Below, one piece after another: positions 27,281 to 40,540 of a stretch of DNA of 64,000 nucleotides. The notes below the pieces were generated by a model, which was not told the DNA's origin, searched no databases, and was given only the letters and a program-made list of their open reading frames with translations. Source of the stretch: the human T2T-CHM13v2.0 reference genome, Homo sapiens. Position numbers and translations under genes: made by a program. Within the stretch, counting starts at the first letter, position 1. The number at the start of each line of letters is the position of its first letter. Location: the NCBI RefSeq assembly GCF_009914755.1, contig NC_060931.1; one strand, written 5' to 3'.

Positions 27281-27762
27281 TATATTAGTCAGTATTCTCC
27301 AGAGAAACATAACCAACAGAATGGGATATATATACACACACACTCACACACATGCATGGTGATTTATTGTAGGAATTTGTTCATGCAATAATGGATACTG
27401 ATAAGTCCCACAATCCGCTCTCTACAAATTGAAAAATGAGAAAATCTATTGCTGTAATTCAGTGTGAATCTGAAGACCTAAGAATCAGGGAAGGCAATTT
27501 CTGAGGGCGGAAGAGGAGGGATGTCCCAACTCAAACAGAAGCAAATTCACCCTCTCTTCGTCTCTTTGTTCTATCCAAACCCTCAATGGATTAAATAATG
27601 TCTATCCACATTGGTGAGGGCCATCTTCTTTACTCAGTTTGCTGATTCAAATAATAATCTCTTCCAGAAACATTGTCACAGGCACACCCAAAAATAATAT
27701 TTTAACCTCACTTTAGGCATCTCTTAGCCCAGTTGAGTTGACACATCAAACTAACCATAACA
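27281..27762 (-). mobile_element. MLT2 (ERVL) solo LTR
   Basis: TATATTAGTCAGTATTCTCCAGAGAAACA.. and ..GTTGACACATCAAACTAACCATAACA, reverse MLT2 termini. Confidence 0.85.
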
Positions 27763-27889
27763 CCAAGGAAATCGTGTTAGTATTATTGCAAAGATATCCA
27801 CAATGCATTTTTCTCACAAATGCCCTTTTTCCTGTAAATTGTATCACTTCATCTCTTAAATGCCCTCATCGCAAAAAAAAAAATAACAT

Positions 27890-28441
27890 TGTATTGGTCA
27901 GTGTTCTTCAGAGAGATAGAATCAAAAAGATATATGTGAATACAGATATTTTAAAGAGATTTATTAGGGATACTAGCTCACATGGTTATGGAGGCAAAGT
28001 CCCGTGATAGGTTGTCTGCAGGCTGGAAACCCTGAGATGCTGGCAGCATGACTCAGTTTAAGTCCAAAGCCCCAGGAACTAGGGAAACCTATGACATAAC
28101 TCTCAGTCTGAGTCTGAAGGCCTGAGAACTCAGGGGGCCACTGGTGTAAATCCTGGAGTGTCTGTGTAGAAGATCCTAGATTTCTGATGTCCCAGGACAG
28201 GAGAAGAGTATATCCCAGCTCCAAGAGAAAGAGGGCATCACCTTTTTGTGCTTATCCTCGTCCTCAGATGATTGAATGGTGCCCAGACACACTGAGGGCA
28301 GATCTTCCCCACTTAGTCCACCAACTCACCTGCCAATCTCCTCTGGAAGCACCTTCACAGAAAAACCCAGAAATAATCCCTTACCGGCTCTCTTGGTAAT
28401 TCTTAATCCAGTCAAGTCAACACCTAAAATTAACCATCAGA
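27890..28441 (-). mobile_element. MLT2B-like ERVL solo LTR
   Basis: TGTATTGGTCAGTGTTCTTCAGAGAGA..CCAGTCAAGTCAACACCTAAAATTAACCATCAGA; perfect 5-bp TSD AACAT (27885-27889 / 28442-28446). Confidence 0.9.
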
Positions 28442-28580
28442 AACATATAACTTTGAACAATTTGCGTTTACCTTTACCCACTCACATAAAAACACCATAC
28501 GTAGGAGTTCAAAGGAATTTAAATTGTTTGCAATTTTTTTCTTTTATAACTAGGAATGTTAGCAAAACACCATACGGTGA

Positions 28581-28838
28581 GACAGCAAAGCACAGTGGCT
28601 TAGGAGCACAGACTCCAGGTTCACACTGCATAAGTTTGATCCTAGCTCTGTTATTTAATAATATAGGACACTGGCTAAGTTATTTAACCTCTCTGCCTTG
28701 GTTTGCTCCTTTGTAAAATGGAGATAATAAATATTTTCTACCTTATATGATTGGTATGATGATTAAATTTACTTATGTATGTTAATAAGTATATTGAACA
28801 ATGGCCTGTAAGTACTTAATGATTAATTGAAATTATTA
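28581..28838 (+). mobile_element. MIR SINE (near full length)
   Basis: GCACAGTGGCTTAGGAGCACAGACTCCAG..AAGTTATTTAACCTCTCTG..TGTAAAATGGAGATAATAA. Confidence 0.85.
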
Positions 28839-29081
28839 TATCTCTTATTAAAGATCGTTTGCTTATATCTCATATAGCCATAAGAGATATTTTGTGATTG
28901 GGATCAGGAAAACAGGTTATATCAAAGGCAGGTAGTCACCTGTTTCTCTTTGCAATATTTTTAAAGATTTGATACTTTTAGAACAGTTTTAGTTCAAAGC
29001 AAATTTGAAAGGAAGGTACAGAGATATCCTGTATATTTCCTGCCCCCACACATGCATAGCCTCCTCCATTATCAACATCCT

Positions 29082-29454
29082 TGTATTAGTCCATTTTCAC
29101 ACTGCTATGAAGAACTACTTGAGACTGGGTAATTTATAAAGGAAAGAGGTTTAGTTGACTCACAGTTCCACATGGCCGGGGAGGCCTCAGCATACTTACG
29201 GTCATGATAGAAGGTGAGGGGGAATCAAGCACCTTCCTCACAAGGCAGCAGGAGACAGAGAGAGCGAGCAAAGAAGGAAACCACCAGACACTTTTAAACA
29301 ATCAGATCTTGTGAGAATTCCCTCACTATCATGAGGACAGCATGGGGGAAACTACCCCCATGATCCAATCACCTCCCACCAAGTCCCTGCCTCAACATGT
29401 GAGGATTATAATTTGAGATAAGATTTGGGTGGGGACCCAGAGCAAATTATATCA
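29082..29454 (-). mobile_element. MSTA-like MaLR solo LTR inside L1MC
   Basis: TGTATTAGTCCATTTTCACACTGCTAT..GATTTGGGTGGGGACCCAGAGCAAATTATATCA. Confidence 0.9.
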
Positions 29455-32400
29455 ATGAAGTGTGGTAAATTGGTTACAATTGATGAGCCTATACTGAAAC
29501 ATGATTATCACCCAAAGTCCATAGTTCACATTAAGATTTATTTTGTATTGAACATCCTATGGGTTTTGACAAATATATAATGAAATATAGCCAACACTAT
29601 AGTAGCATACAGAGTGTTTTCACTACCCCAAAAATCTGCCATGCTGTATCTATTCATCCCTCACTCCCCACAACCTCTGGCAACAATTGAACTCTGTTTT
29701 TCTCCATAGTTTAGCCTTGTCCATAGTGTCACATGGTTGGACTCATACAGTATGTAGCCTTTTCATATTGGCATCTTTCACTTAGTAATATGTGTTTAAC
29801 CTTATGTCTTTTCATGGCATTTTTTTCAGTGCTGAATAATATTCTATTTTCTGGTCTGTTTGTAGCACAGTTCATTTATCCATTCACCTACTGCAAGAAA
29901 TCTTCATTGCTTCCAAGTTTTGACAATTATGAATAAAGCTGCTTATAAACATTCTTGTTCAGGTTTATGTGTGAACATATGTTTTCAACTCTTTTGGGTA
30001 AATACCAAGAAGTGAGATTGCTGGATCATACCATAAGAGTATGTTTAATTTTAGGAGAAACTGCCAAACTGTCTTTCAAAGTGGCCGGACCATTTTGTAT
30101 TTTCACTGGTAATAAATGAGAGTTCCTGTTGTTTTGCATCCTGGCCAACATTTGGTTTTTAAAGTGTTCTGGATTTTGGCCATTTTAGGTATGTAATGAT
30201 ATCTCATTGTTGTTTTAATTTGTAGTTCCCTGATGACATATGATGTAGAACATCTTTTTATATGCTTATTTGCCATCTGTAAATATTTTTTGAGATGTCT
30301 GTTAAGGGTTTTGGTCCATTTTAGTTAAGTAATTTGTTTTCTTATTGATGAGTGTTAAAAGTTTCTTTTATGTTTTGAAAAACAGTAGTTTATCTGGTAT
30401 GTGTTTTGCAAGTATTAGTTCCCAGTCTGTGTTTTTTTTTTCATCTTCTTTATAGTCTTTTGGCAAAGCAGAAATTTTTAGTTTTAATGCAGTCTAGTTC
30501 ACCAACTGTTTCTTTCATGAATAGTGCCTTGGGTGTCATATCTAAAAATTATTGCCAAACCTAAGGTCATGTAGATTTTCTCATGTGTTAATTTCTAGGA
30601 GCTTTCTAGCTTTGTATATTACCTTTAGGTCTGTGATCCACTTTGAGTTAATTTTTGTGAAGGATATAAGGTCTATGTAGAGGTTCACTATTTTCTGTGT
30701 GGATGTCCAGTAGTAAAGCATCATTTGTTAAGACTTTCTTTGCTCCATCGTATAGCCTTTGCTTCTTTGTCAAAGATGATTGTGGGTCTATTTCTAGACT
30801 CTCTGTTATGTTCCATTTATCTATTTGCCTATTCCTTCACCAACACTAAACTGTCTTATTTACTGTAGCTTCACAGTAAATCTGAAAGTCAGATAATATC
30901 AAAGCTTCAACTTTGTTCTTCTCCTTCAACATTTTGTTAAATGTTCTGGGTCTTTTGCATCCCCATATAAACTCTAGAATCAGTTTGTCAATTTCTACAA
31001 CATAATTTGCTGGGGTTTTGTTTGGGATGGTATTGAATCTATAGATTAAGTTGGAAAAAGCTGACATCTTAACAATATTGAGTCATCCTTTCCTTGAACA
31101 TACATTATCTATCCATCTATTTAGTTTGTCCTTGATTTCTTTCATCAGAATTTTGTAGTTTACCTCATATTAATTTTGTAATTCTGATGGATTTTTCATA
31201 AGCATTTCATTTTTGGAGATGCTAATGTAAATGGAAGTATGTTCTTAATTTCAAATTCTACTTGTTCATTGCTGGTATATAGAAAAGCATTTGACTTTTT
31301 CTTATTAACCTCATATTCTGCAACTATGCTATAATTATTAATTCCAGGAGGATTTTTGTTGTTGTTGATTTTAAAAAAATTCTACATAGACTATCATGTC
31401 ATCAGAAAAAACATGATTTCTTCCTTTTTTCTTTTTCTTTCTTGCTGCATTAGATAGGACTCTCAGTACAATGGCGAAAATAAGTGGTAAGAGGAGACAT
31501 CCTTGCCTGTTCTTGATCTTAGAGGGAAAGCTTCTAGTTTCTTACCATTAAGTATGATGTTGGCTGTAGATTTTTTGTAGATATTCTTTTTCATGTTGAG
31601 GAAGTTTCCCCTTATTCCTAGGTTACTGATTGTTTTTATCATAAATGGGTGATAGATTTTTTTTCAGATAATTTCTCTGCATTTATTAATATACTTATGT
31701 GATTTTTTAAATTTAGTTTGTTGATGTGATGGATTACATTAATTGATTTTTAAATATTGAACCAGTCTTGTATACCTGAGATAAATCTAAGTAGGTCATG
31801 TTGTATAATTCTTTTTGTATATATTTGGATTCAATTTGCTAATATTTTGTTGAGGATATTTGTATCTATATTTATAGGAGGTATTGGTCATAGTTTTCTT
31901 CTACTGTCTCTGTCTAGGTTTGTTGCTAAGATGAGGCTAGCCTCATAGAATGAGGTAGAAAGTTTTTCCTCAGCTTCTATCTTTTGAAAGTAATTGTAGA
32001 GAATTGGTATAATTTATTCTTTAAAAGTTTGGTGGAATTACCAGCGAACACTTACGGACCTGATGCTTTCTGTTTTGGAAAGATTATTAATAATTGCTTT
32101 AATTTATTAAATACATATAGACCTATTCAAATTCTCTATTTTTGCTTTTATTAGATAGATTTTATTTTCTTTCAAGGAATTGGTTAATTTCATCTAGGTT
32201 ATCAAAGTTGTGGACATAGACTTGTTCATAATATTCGTTATCTTTTAAATGTCCATGAGATCTATAGTAATGGCCCACCTTTAATTTCTAATATTAGTAA
32301 TTTACATCCTCTCTTCTTTTTAGTTAGCCTAGCTAGAGGCTTATTGATTCAATTTATCTTTTCAAAGAAACAGCCTTTGGTTTCCTTGACTTTTCCCTAT

Positions 32401-33461
32401 TGATTTCTTATTTTCAATTGCATTGGTTTCTTCTCCATGTTTTATTATTTATTTTCTTCTTCTTACTTTGAGTTTAATTGGCTCTTCTTTTTCTCATTTC
32501 CTAATTTAGAAGCTTAGATAAATGACTTTAGATATTTCTTTTCTAACAGATGCTTTCAATACTGTAAATGTCCCTCAAAGCATTGTTTTTACTACATCCA
32601 ACAAATGTTAATAAATTATATTTTTATTTTTATTTACTTAAAAATATGAATATTTCTCTTGAAATTTTTCATTTTACCCATGTGTTATTTAGAAGTGTGT
32701 TCATTGTTTAATCTCCATGTATTTTAATCTCCAAAATATTTAAAAATATTTTTAAATTTCTCTTGAAATTTCCCACTTTATCCATGTGTTATTTAGAATG
32801 GTTTTCATTGCTTAATCTCCATGTATTTTAGGATCTTCCAGCTATTTTTTTCTGTTTTTTTTTCTTGTTTAATTTCATTCCGGACTATAAAGTAATTTCA
32901 AATTTGTCAAGGTGTGTTTTATTGCCTAGAATATGATGTGTCTTATTGAATATTTCCTGTGAGCTTGAGAAGAATGTGTATTCTGTTGTTGGATAAAGTA
33001 GTCTGTAGATATTCATTATATCCAGTTGATTCATGATATTGCTAAGTTCAACTATGTTTTTACTGATTTTCTGCCTGCCATGGTCATCTATTTCTGATAG
33101 AGGGGTGTTAAAGTCTCCAACTATAATGGTGGATTTATCTATTTCTCTTGCAATTCTATCAGTTTTTGCCTCACATACTTTGCTGCTCTCTTGTTAGGCA
33201 CATACATGTTAAGAATTCTTATTATCATAGTTCATTTTGAGCTGCTATAACAATACCACAGACTAATTTATAATAAACAGAAATGTATTGGCTCATAGTT
33301 CTAGAGGTTGGGAAGTCCAAGATGGAGAGGCTGGCTTCCTGCAAAAGCTTTCTTGCTGCATTATCCAATGGCAGAAAGGCAAAGAGAGGGTGAGAGAGCA
33401 AGAAGGGGCTGAACCCATTCTTTTATAATGAACCCATTTTCACAGTAATGAACTCACTCCC

Positions 33462-34008
33462 TGTATTAGTCAGGGTTCTTTAAAGGGACAGAACTAATAG
33501 GCTATATGTATATATGAAGGGGAGTTTATTAGGATAATTGACTCACAGGATCACAAGGTGAGGTCCCACAATAGGCCATCTGCAAGCTGAGGAGCAAGGA
33601 AGCTAGTTGGAGTCCCAAAACCTCAAAAGCAGGGAAGCCGACAGTGCAGCCTTCAATCTATAGCAGAAGACCCAAGAGCCCCTGGTAAATCACTGGTCTA
33701 AGTCCAAGAGTCCAAAAGCTGAAGAACTTGGAGTCTGATGTTCCGAGGGCAAGAAGCATCCAGCATGGGACAAAGATGAAGGCCAGAAGACTAAGCACAC
33801 CTCTTCATTCCACTTTCTTTTGCCTGCTTTATTCTAGCCACACTGGTAGCTGATTAAATGGTGCCTACCCAGATTGAAGGTGGGTCTGCCTCTCTCAGTC
33901 TAGATTCAAATGTTAATCTCCTTTGGCAAAACCCTCACAGACATACCTATGTACAACATTTTGCATCCTTTAATCCAATGAAGTTGACATTCAATATTAA
34001 CCATCACA
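33462..34008 (-). mobile_element. MLT2A (HERVL LTR) solo LTR
   Basis: TGTATTAGTCAGGGTTCT..AGGGACAGAACTAATAGG..GTCCCACAATAGGCCATCTGCAAGCTGAGGAGCAAGG..ATATTAACCATCACA. Confidence 0.9.
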
Positions 34009-34040
34009 TTTACATAATAATGGCATTAATCCACTCATGA

Positions 34041-34372
<332 letters not shown>

Positions 34373-34999
34373 GGCTTCATCACTTCTTAAAGGTCCTGCC
34401 TCTCAACACTATTGCACTGGGGATTAAGTTTTCAACACATACTTTTGGAGGGACAAATTCAAACCACAGCAGTTATGGCCAATAATTTTCTCCTTTATCA
34501 ATATGAGATTTTCCTCTTTATTCCCAATATATTTTATTGCTTTGAAACCTACTCTGTCTGAAATTAGTATAGCTACTCTTGCTTTCTTTTGATTAGTGTT
34601 AACAAGGTACTTCTTTCTCCATCCGTTTACTTTTAATCTACACGTGTCTTTATATTTAAACTGAGTTTCTCATAGACAACACAGAGTTGAGTCTTATTTC
34701 TTGATTCATTCTGACAATCTCTATCTTTTAATTAGTGCATTTAGACAATTGATGTTCAAAACTGATTATTGATATAGTTGTAATAATATCTACCAGCATA
34801 CCAACTATACCAATTGATATAGTTGAAGAATTAATAGTGATATAATTGGATTAATATTTAGTACTGCTTTGTATTTGTTGCCTTTCTTTGTTCCTATTTT
34901 TGTCTTCCAGTCTTTTTTCTGCCTTTTGTAGTTTCAATTGAGCATTTTGTATGATTACGTGTTCTCTCCTCACTTAGCATACAAATTACACTTCTTTTT

Positions 35000-35295
35000 T
35001 TTTATTTTTATTTTTTGAGATGGAGTCTCACTCTCTTGCCCAGGCTGGAGTGTAGTGGCATGATCTCGGCTCTCTCAACCTCCACCTCCCAAGTTCCAGT
35101 GATTCTCCTGCCTCAGCCTCCCGAGTAGCTGGGATTATAGGCATTCATCACCATGTCTGACTAATTTTTGTGTTTTTTAGTTGAGATGGGGTTTTGCCAT
35201 GTTGGCCAGGATGGTCTCAAACTCCTGATCTGTGATCTGCCTGCCTCCTCCTCCCAAAGTGCTGGGATTACAGGCGTGATCCACCACACCTGGCC
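35000..35295 (-). mobile_element. AluS
   Basis: Dimer; TSD ACACTTCTTTTT (34988-34999 / 35296-35307). Confidence 0.95.
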
Positions 35296-35603
35296 ACACT
35301 TCTTTTTAATACTTTTTTTTTAAATTGTTGTCCTGGAGTTGCAATATGCATTTATATATAATCCAAGCCCACTTTCAAGTAACAATATACCACTTCATGG
35401 GTAGTGTGAGTAACTTATAATAAAAAAAAAACTCTTAATTTCTTCCTCCCATCCCTTGTATCATTAATGTCATTCATTTTACTTATATGTAAGTATACAC
35501 ACACATACACAATATATACATTAAGTATACATAATTAAATACATTTTTCATGGTATTTTTTTGAACAAATATTTACTTGTTAAATCAATTAAGAATAAGT
35601 AAA

Positions 35604-35915
35604 CTAGAGCATGGGAAAGCTCAGAAACCAACACAAGATCCCAGAAAATGGGGCCAGGCATGCAGGGAAACTGAGCAGCCAGCAATACCTGTCAATGTCA
35701 TGTTCCTTGATATGCAGCAGTGATGCTGGGCTGCAGCTGAGAGTGCCGTCCCATTGCAAGGAATATCAGGTCCATGCTTCTGCTGTCTCAGGTGCCCAAG
35801 CTTAGCATGGGTTCTCTCAGCTCAAGCCACCAGCCCTCCCTAGGACCCGAGAAGGTGAAGCCCTTGTGTGAAGTCCTGGCTCTTGTCAAGGCAGGGTGCT
35901 AAAGAAGAAACAGAA
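35604..35915 (+). other. Unidentified GC-rich insert with A-rich 3' end (candidate retrocopy fragment of unknown RNA)
   Basis: About 54% GC by my count within very AT-rich L1MC; begins after TT|AAGAATAAGTAAA and ends AAAGAAGAAACAGAA followed by a degenerate copy AAGAAGTTAAGAAAA; L1 sequence resumes afterwards. Confidence 0.55.
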
Positions 35916-37494
35916 AAGAAGTTAAGAAAAAATTTTAATTTTATCTTTACTTACTTCTTCTTTGATGCTCTTCCATTCTTTGCATACATTTGAGATTTTG
36001 ACCTATATCATTTTCCTTGTCTCCAAATGACTTAGGATGTTTTGCAAAGCAGGTCTACTGACAAGTCCCCTTAATTTTTTTCTTTGGCCAGACAAAGTCT
36101 CCATGTCTCCTTAACCATTGAAAGATAGTTTCACAAGGTACAGGATTCTAGGTTTGTGGGCTTTTTCTCTCTCAACACTAAATAATTCACTCTACTCTTT
36201 TCTTGCTTGCATGGTTTCTGAGAAGAAGTCAGATGTAATTTTTGTTGTTGCTGTTCCTCTGTAGGTAAGGTGTCACCCACCCCCTCTCTGGCTTCTTTCA
36301 GGATTTTTTCTTTACCTTTAATTTTATATAATTTGAAAATTGTGTGCCTACATACAGTTTTTTGACACTTATCCTTCTTTATGTTCTCTGAGGTTTCTGG
36401 ATACATGGTTTCATGTCAGACATTAATTTGAGAAAGTTCTCAGTCATTCTTGTTTGAAATATTTATTTGGTTCATCTGTCTCTTCTCTTTCTTGTATTCC
36501 TATTACACTTTCGTAGTTTCCCCACAGTTGTTGTATATTCTGTTATAGTTTTTTTTTTCAGTTTTTATTCTTTATGCTTTTCAATTTTGGAGGTTTCTAT
36601 TGAGATACCATCCAGCTCAGAGAATTTTTCCTGGACCATATTCAGTATACTGTTAACCACATCAAAGTTACTTTTATTTCTGTTACAGTGTTTTTTAGCT
36701 CTAGCATTTCTCTTTAGCTCTTAAGATTTCCATCTCTCTGCTTACTTTACCTATCTGTTCATGCATGCTGTCACCTTTATCCATTTAGAGCCCTTAGCAT
36801 ATTATCATAATTGTTTTAAATTCCGTGTCTGATAATCCAATATCCCTGCCATGTCTATCTGTGAGGCTTGCTTTGGCCCTTCAAACTGTTTTTTGTCTTT
36901 TTGTATGCTTTGTAATTTTTTTTCTTTATAGCCAGACACAATGTACTGGGCAAAAGGGAGCACTTTAAACAGGCCTTTAGTAATGTGGTGGTAAGGTATA
37001 TGGGGAGGGAATATGTTCTACAGTACTCTGATTAGGTCTCAGTCTCTTAGTACCCCTATGCCTTTGGACTGTGAACATCACAAGTGTTTCTCAGGGTTTT
37101 TTTTTTTTTTTTTTTTTCTGCCTCGTTAGGTGGGACAGGATGGTTACATTGGGCTGGAGTTGGTTATTTCCTTTCTTCCAGGAAAGTTGGGTTATGATAG
37201 AACCCCAACAGGTTGAATTCTGGTTAACCAGTTTCTCCTGAAGGCAGACCTTGTTAAGAACACAGCGTTCTGGCATATTGCAAAATGATTCATTTTCATC
37301 TTTTCCTGCTAGAAGGACAAAAAGATTTTTCTCCAATATTTGCTGTGAAAACCTGGTTGAGTCCCTTGGAGCAAAACTCACAAAGTGTGGGACCCGTCCT
37401 TTGACTGGGTCCTCCTGGAGTTTTAACTCTCAGACTCCTTCATACTTAGCCTCTAGCAATTTGTCAATTACAGTTCAAGTTTCTATACCCAACC

Positions 37495-38457
<963 letters not shown>

Positions 38458-38574
38458 CTAAGAAGAGTTGTTGGTTTTTCAATTTGCTCTGCTTTTTATG
38501 TGTTGTTAGAATAGAATGGCAACTTCCAAGCTCCTTACATGAAGAACCAGAAACTACAAGTCTCCATACCATTT

Positions 38575-38775
38575 TTCAAGTATGGCTTTACATTTTTTAA
38601 TGATTGAAAAATCAAAACAATGATATATTCTGACATATGAAAGCTACACAATATCAAAATGTTAGGGTCCATAAATAAAGTTTTATTGGAACACACACAG
38701 CAGAGTTAAATATGGCCCAAAGCCTAAAATATTTACTATAACCCTTTAGAGAAAAATGTAGCTGACCTGTGGGCT
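38575..38775. mobile_element. MER58-like hAT-Charlie fragment
   Basis: GTCCATAAATAAAGTTTTATTGGAACAC..TATGGCCCAAAGCCTAAAATATTTACTAT..CCTTTAGAGAAAAA. Confidence 0.75.
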
Positions 38776-38951
38776 ATGTGTGCTACCGTAACAGTGTGAC
38801 ACTTTCTACCCTTCTTGACTAGAATACTAAAATAATCCAATAATTATTTTATGTTTTCCAGGAAATCAAGTAAAGCAGAATATTATTAAGAAATCTTTAG
38901 TTAGAATTTTTAAATTAGAAATAATTTCTTTCATAGTCCCAGAAAGTATAT

Positions 38952-39015
38952 AATGGGTGAAGTATGAATGGGTGAAGTATGAATGGGTGAAGTATGAATG
39001 GGTGAAGTATGAATG
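38952..39015. repeat. Perfect 15-bp minisatellite (AATGGGTGAAGTATG)x4.3
   Basis: Four identical units plus AATG, read directly. Confidence 0.97.
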
Positions 39016-40019
39016 AGTTTGAATTTGCATAACTGTTAACATTATCCATGTTTCCCCCCTCTCTATATATACACATATACACACACATAAACACACATAT
39101 ACACCAGTGATATCCTCTACAATGAAACATATTAATTATTCCTGTACTTTATTTAACACCAAAGTTTCTTGATTTTGTTTTTTTATTAGTAGATAGGGCT
39201 ATTTTCTGAACCCTCTTACCAAGTCCTCTAATGACTTTAGAGACAACTGTATCTTATACACTTTTTAAAAGCAAATCTCCCTTCCTTGTCCAGTATGTTG
39301 TGAGCACAGCGTAGAACATTTGATAAAGACTTAGTGACTTGAATTAAATTACTTGCAGTTAAGTAAAACATCCCAAATCATGAACCCTCAATTATCTTGT
39401 CTGTGTTTACCATGTCCTAAGGCCTTTCAAATAGAAGTGACAATTTAAAAGTTCTAAAATAATTACAGCACCATATTGCTCACTATAAAGTACAACTGTC
39501 AATTACAAATTCAATTATCAGTGGCCACTTGTGAATCTAGAGAACTTCACAAATGTTCTGTCTTGTAGCTGAACTGGAAATGTTTTTAGGGTTGCCGTTT
39601 GTTTTATAGTTTTAAATATTTATAACCTGATTAATTATTTTCCTAAAATATTTTCGTTCTAGCTAAAAAATGTGCTAGGAACAAACACAATACCTGCTGA
39701 AAGTGACTTTTGTCCCTTTCGGTGTAGGGATAAATGTTATCCCACCTAAATAATATGACTCTTGTTTTTAATTAGGTTTAAAGTACCCTTTGCAGTTTGA
39801 CCTTTCCCTGGAATGATCCATTTTCTATGCTACATTTTATCATGCTGCCAGTAATGTCATCAAAAACTTTTAAAGAACATATTAAATTGGCTTTAAATTT
39901 ATATTGAGCTTTAAAATGAAACAGCATTAGGACATTGTGCTTCTTTGTTTTACACCTGCATACTCTTAACATTCCAGTGTTGGAGACTGGAATTCTTTTC
40001 ACTCCAAGTACTTTAAGTT

Positions 40020-40306
40020 AGGAAGGAAAGAAGGAAGGAAGGAAGGAAGGAAGGAAGGAAGGAAGGAAGGAAGGAAGGAAAGAAAGAAAGAAGGAAAGAA
40101 GGAAAGAAGGAAGGAAGGAGGGAAAGAAGGAAGGAGGGAAAGAAGGAAGGAGGGAAAGAAGGAAGGAAGGAAGGAAGGAAGGAAGGAAAGAAGGAAGGAA
40201 GGAAAGAAGGAAGGAAAGAAGGAAGGAAAGGAAGAAAGAGAGAAAGGAAGAAAGAGAGAAAGAAAGAGAGAAAGAAAGAAAGAAAGAATGAAAGAAAGAA
40301 AGAAAA
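40020..40306 (+). repeat. Compound (GGAA)n/(GAAA)n purine microsatellite
   Basis: No pyrimidine on the + strand from 40020 to 40288; 12 consecutive GGAA at 40033-40080 and 7 at 40161-40188. Confidence 0.98.
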
Positions 40307-40319
40307 CTAAGAAGTTATT

Positions 40320-40540
40320 TATGCTTTGTACAACAGAATGGGCACACAAGGATTCTAACAAGGATTTCAATTCTAATATCAGCACTTAGCCCCTCAATGT
40401 CTTTGAGCATGTTAAGTTGCAAAGCCCAAACGGCCTTATCTGATAAGGTGTCATTATCCCTTCTTTGCAATGTTCTTGTTAGAGTTAGAAATAATAGATG
40501 TAGTGCAATTGTCACCATAGGCCCTCAATAAAAGATGGTT
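40320..40540 (-). mobile_element. MIR fragment
   Basis: CTTATCTGATAAGGTGTCATTATCCC.. with preceding GATTTCAATTCTAATATCAGCACTTAG..TTTGAGCATGTTAAG, degraded MIR-like; orientation and ends uncertain. Confidence 0.4.

Noticed and set aside
27281-28441. Two adjacent same-strand MLT2 LTRs as the ends of a deleted provirus
   Set aside because: The second has its own perfect AACAT TSD and the two differ substantially, so they are independent solo LTRs.
38952-39015. CRISPR-like or coding repeat
   Set aside because: Head-to-tail units with no spacers, in primate DNA; it is a minisatellite.
39999-40385. 128-aa S/F/L/P-rich ORF resembling a membrane protein
   Set aside because: Translation of the (TTCC)n strand of the microsatellite.
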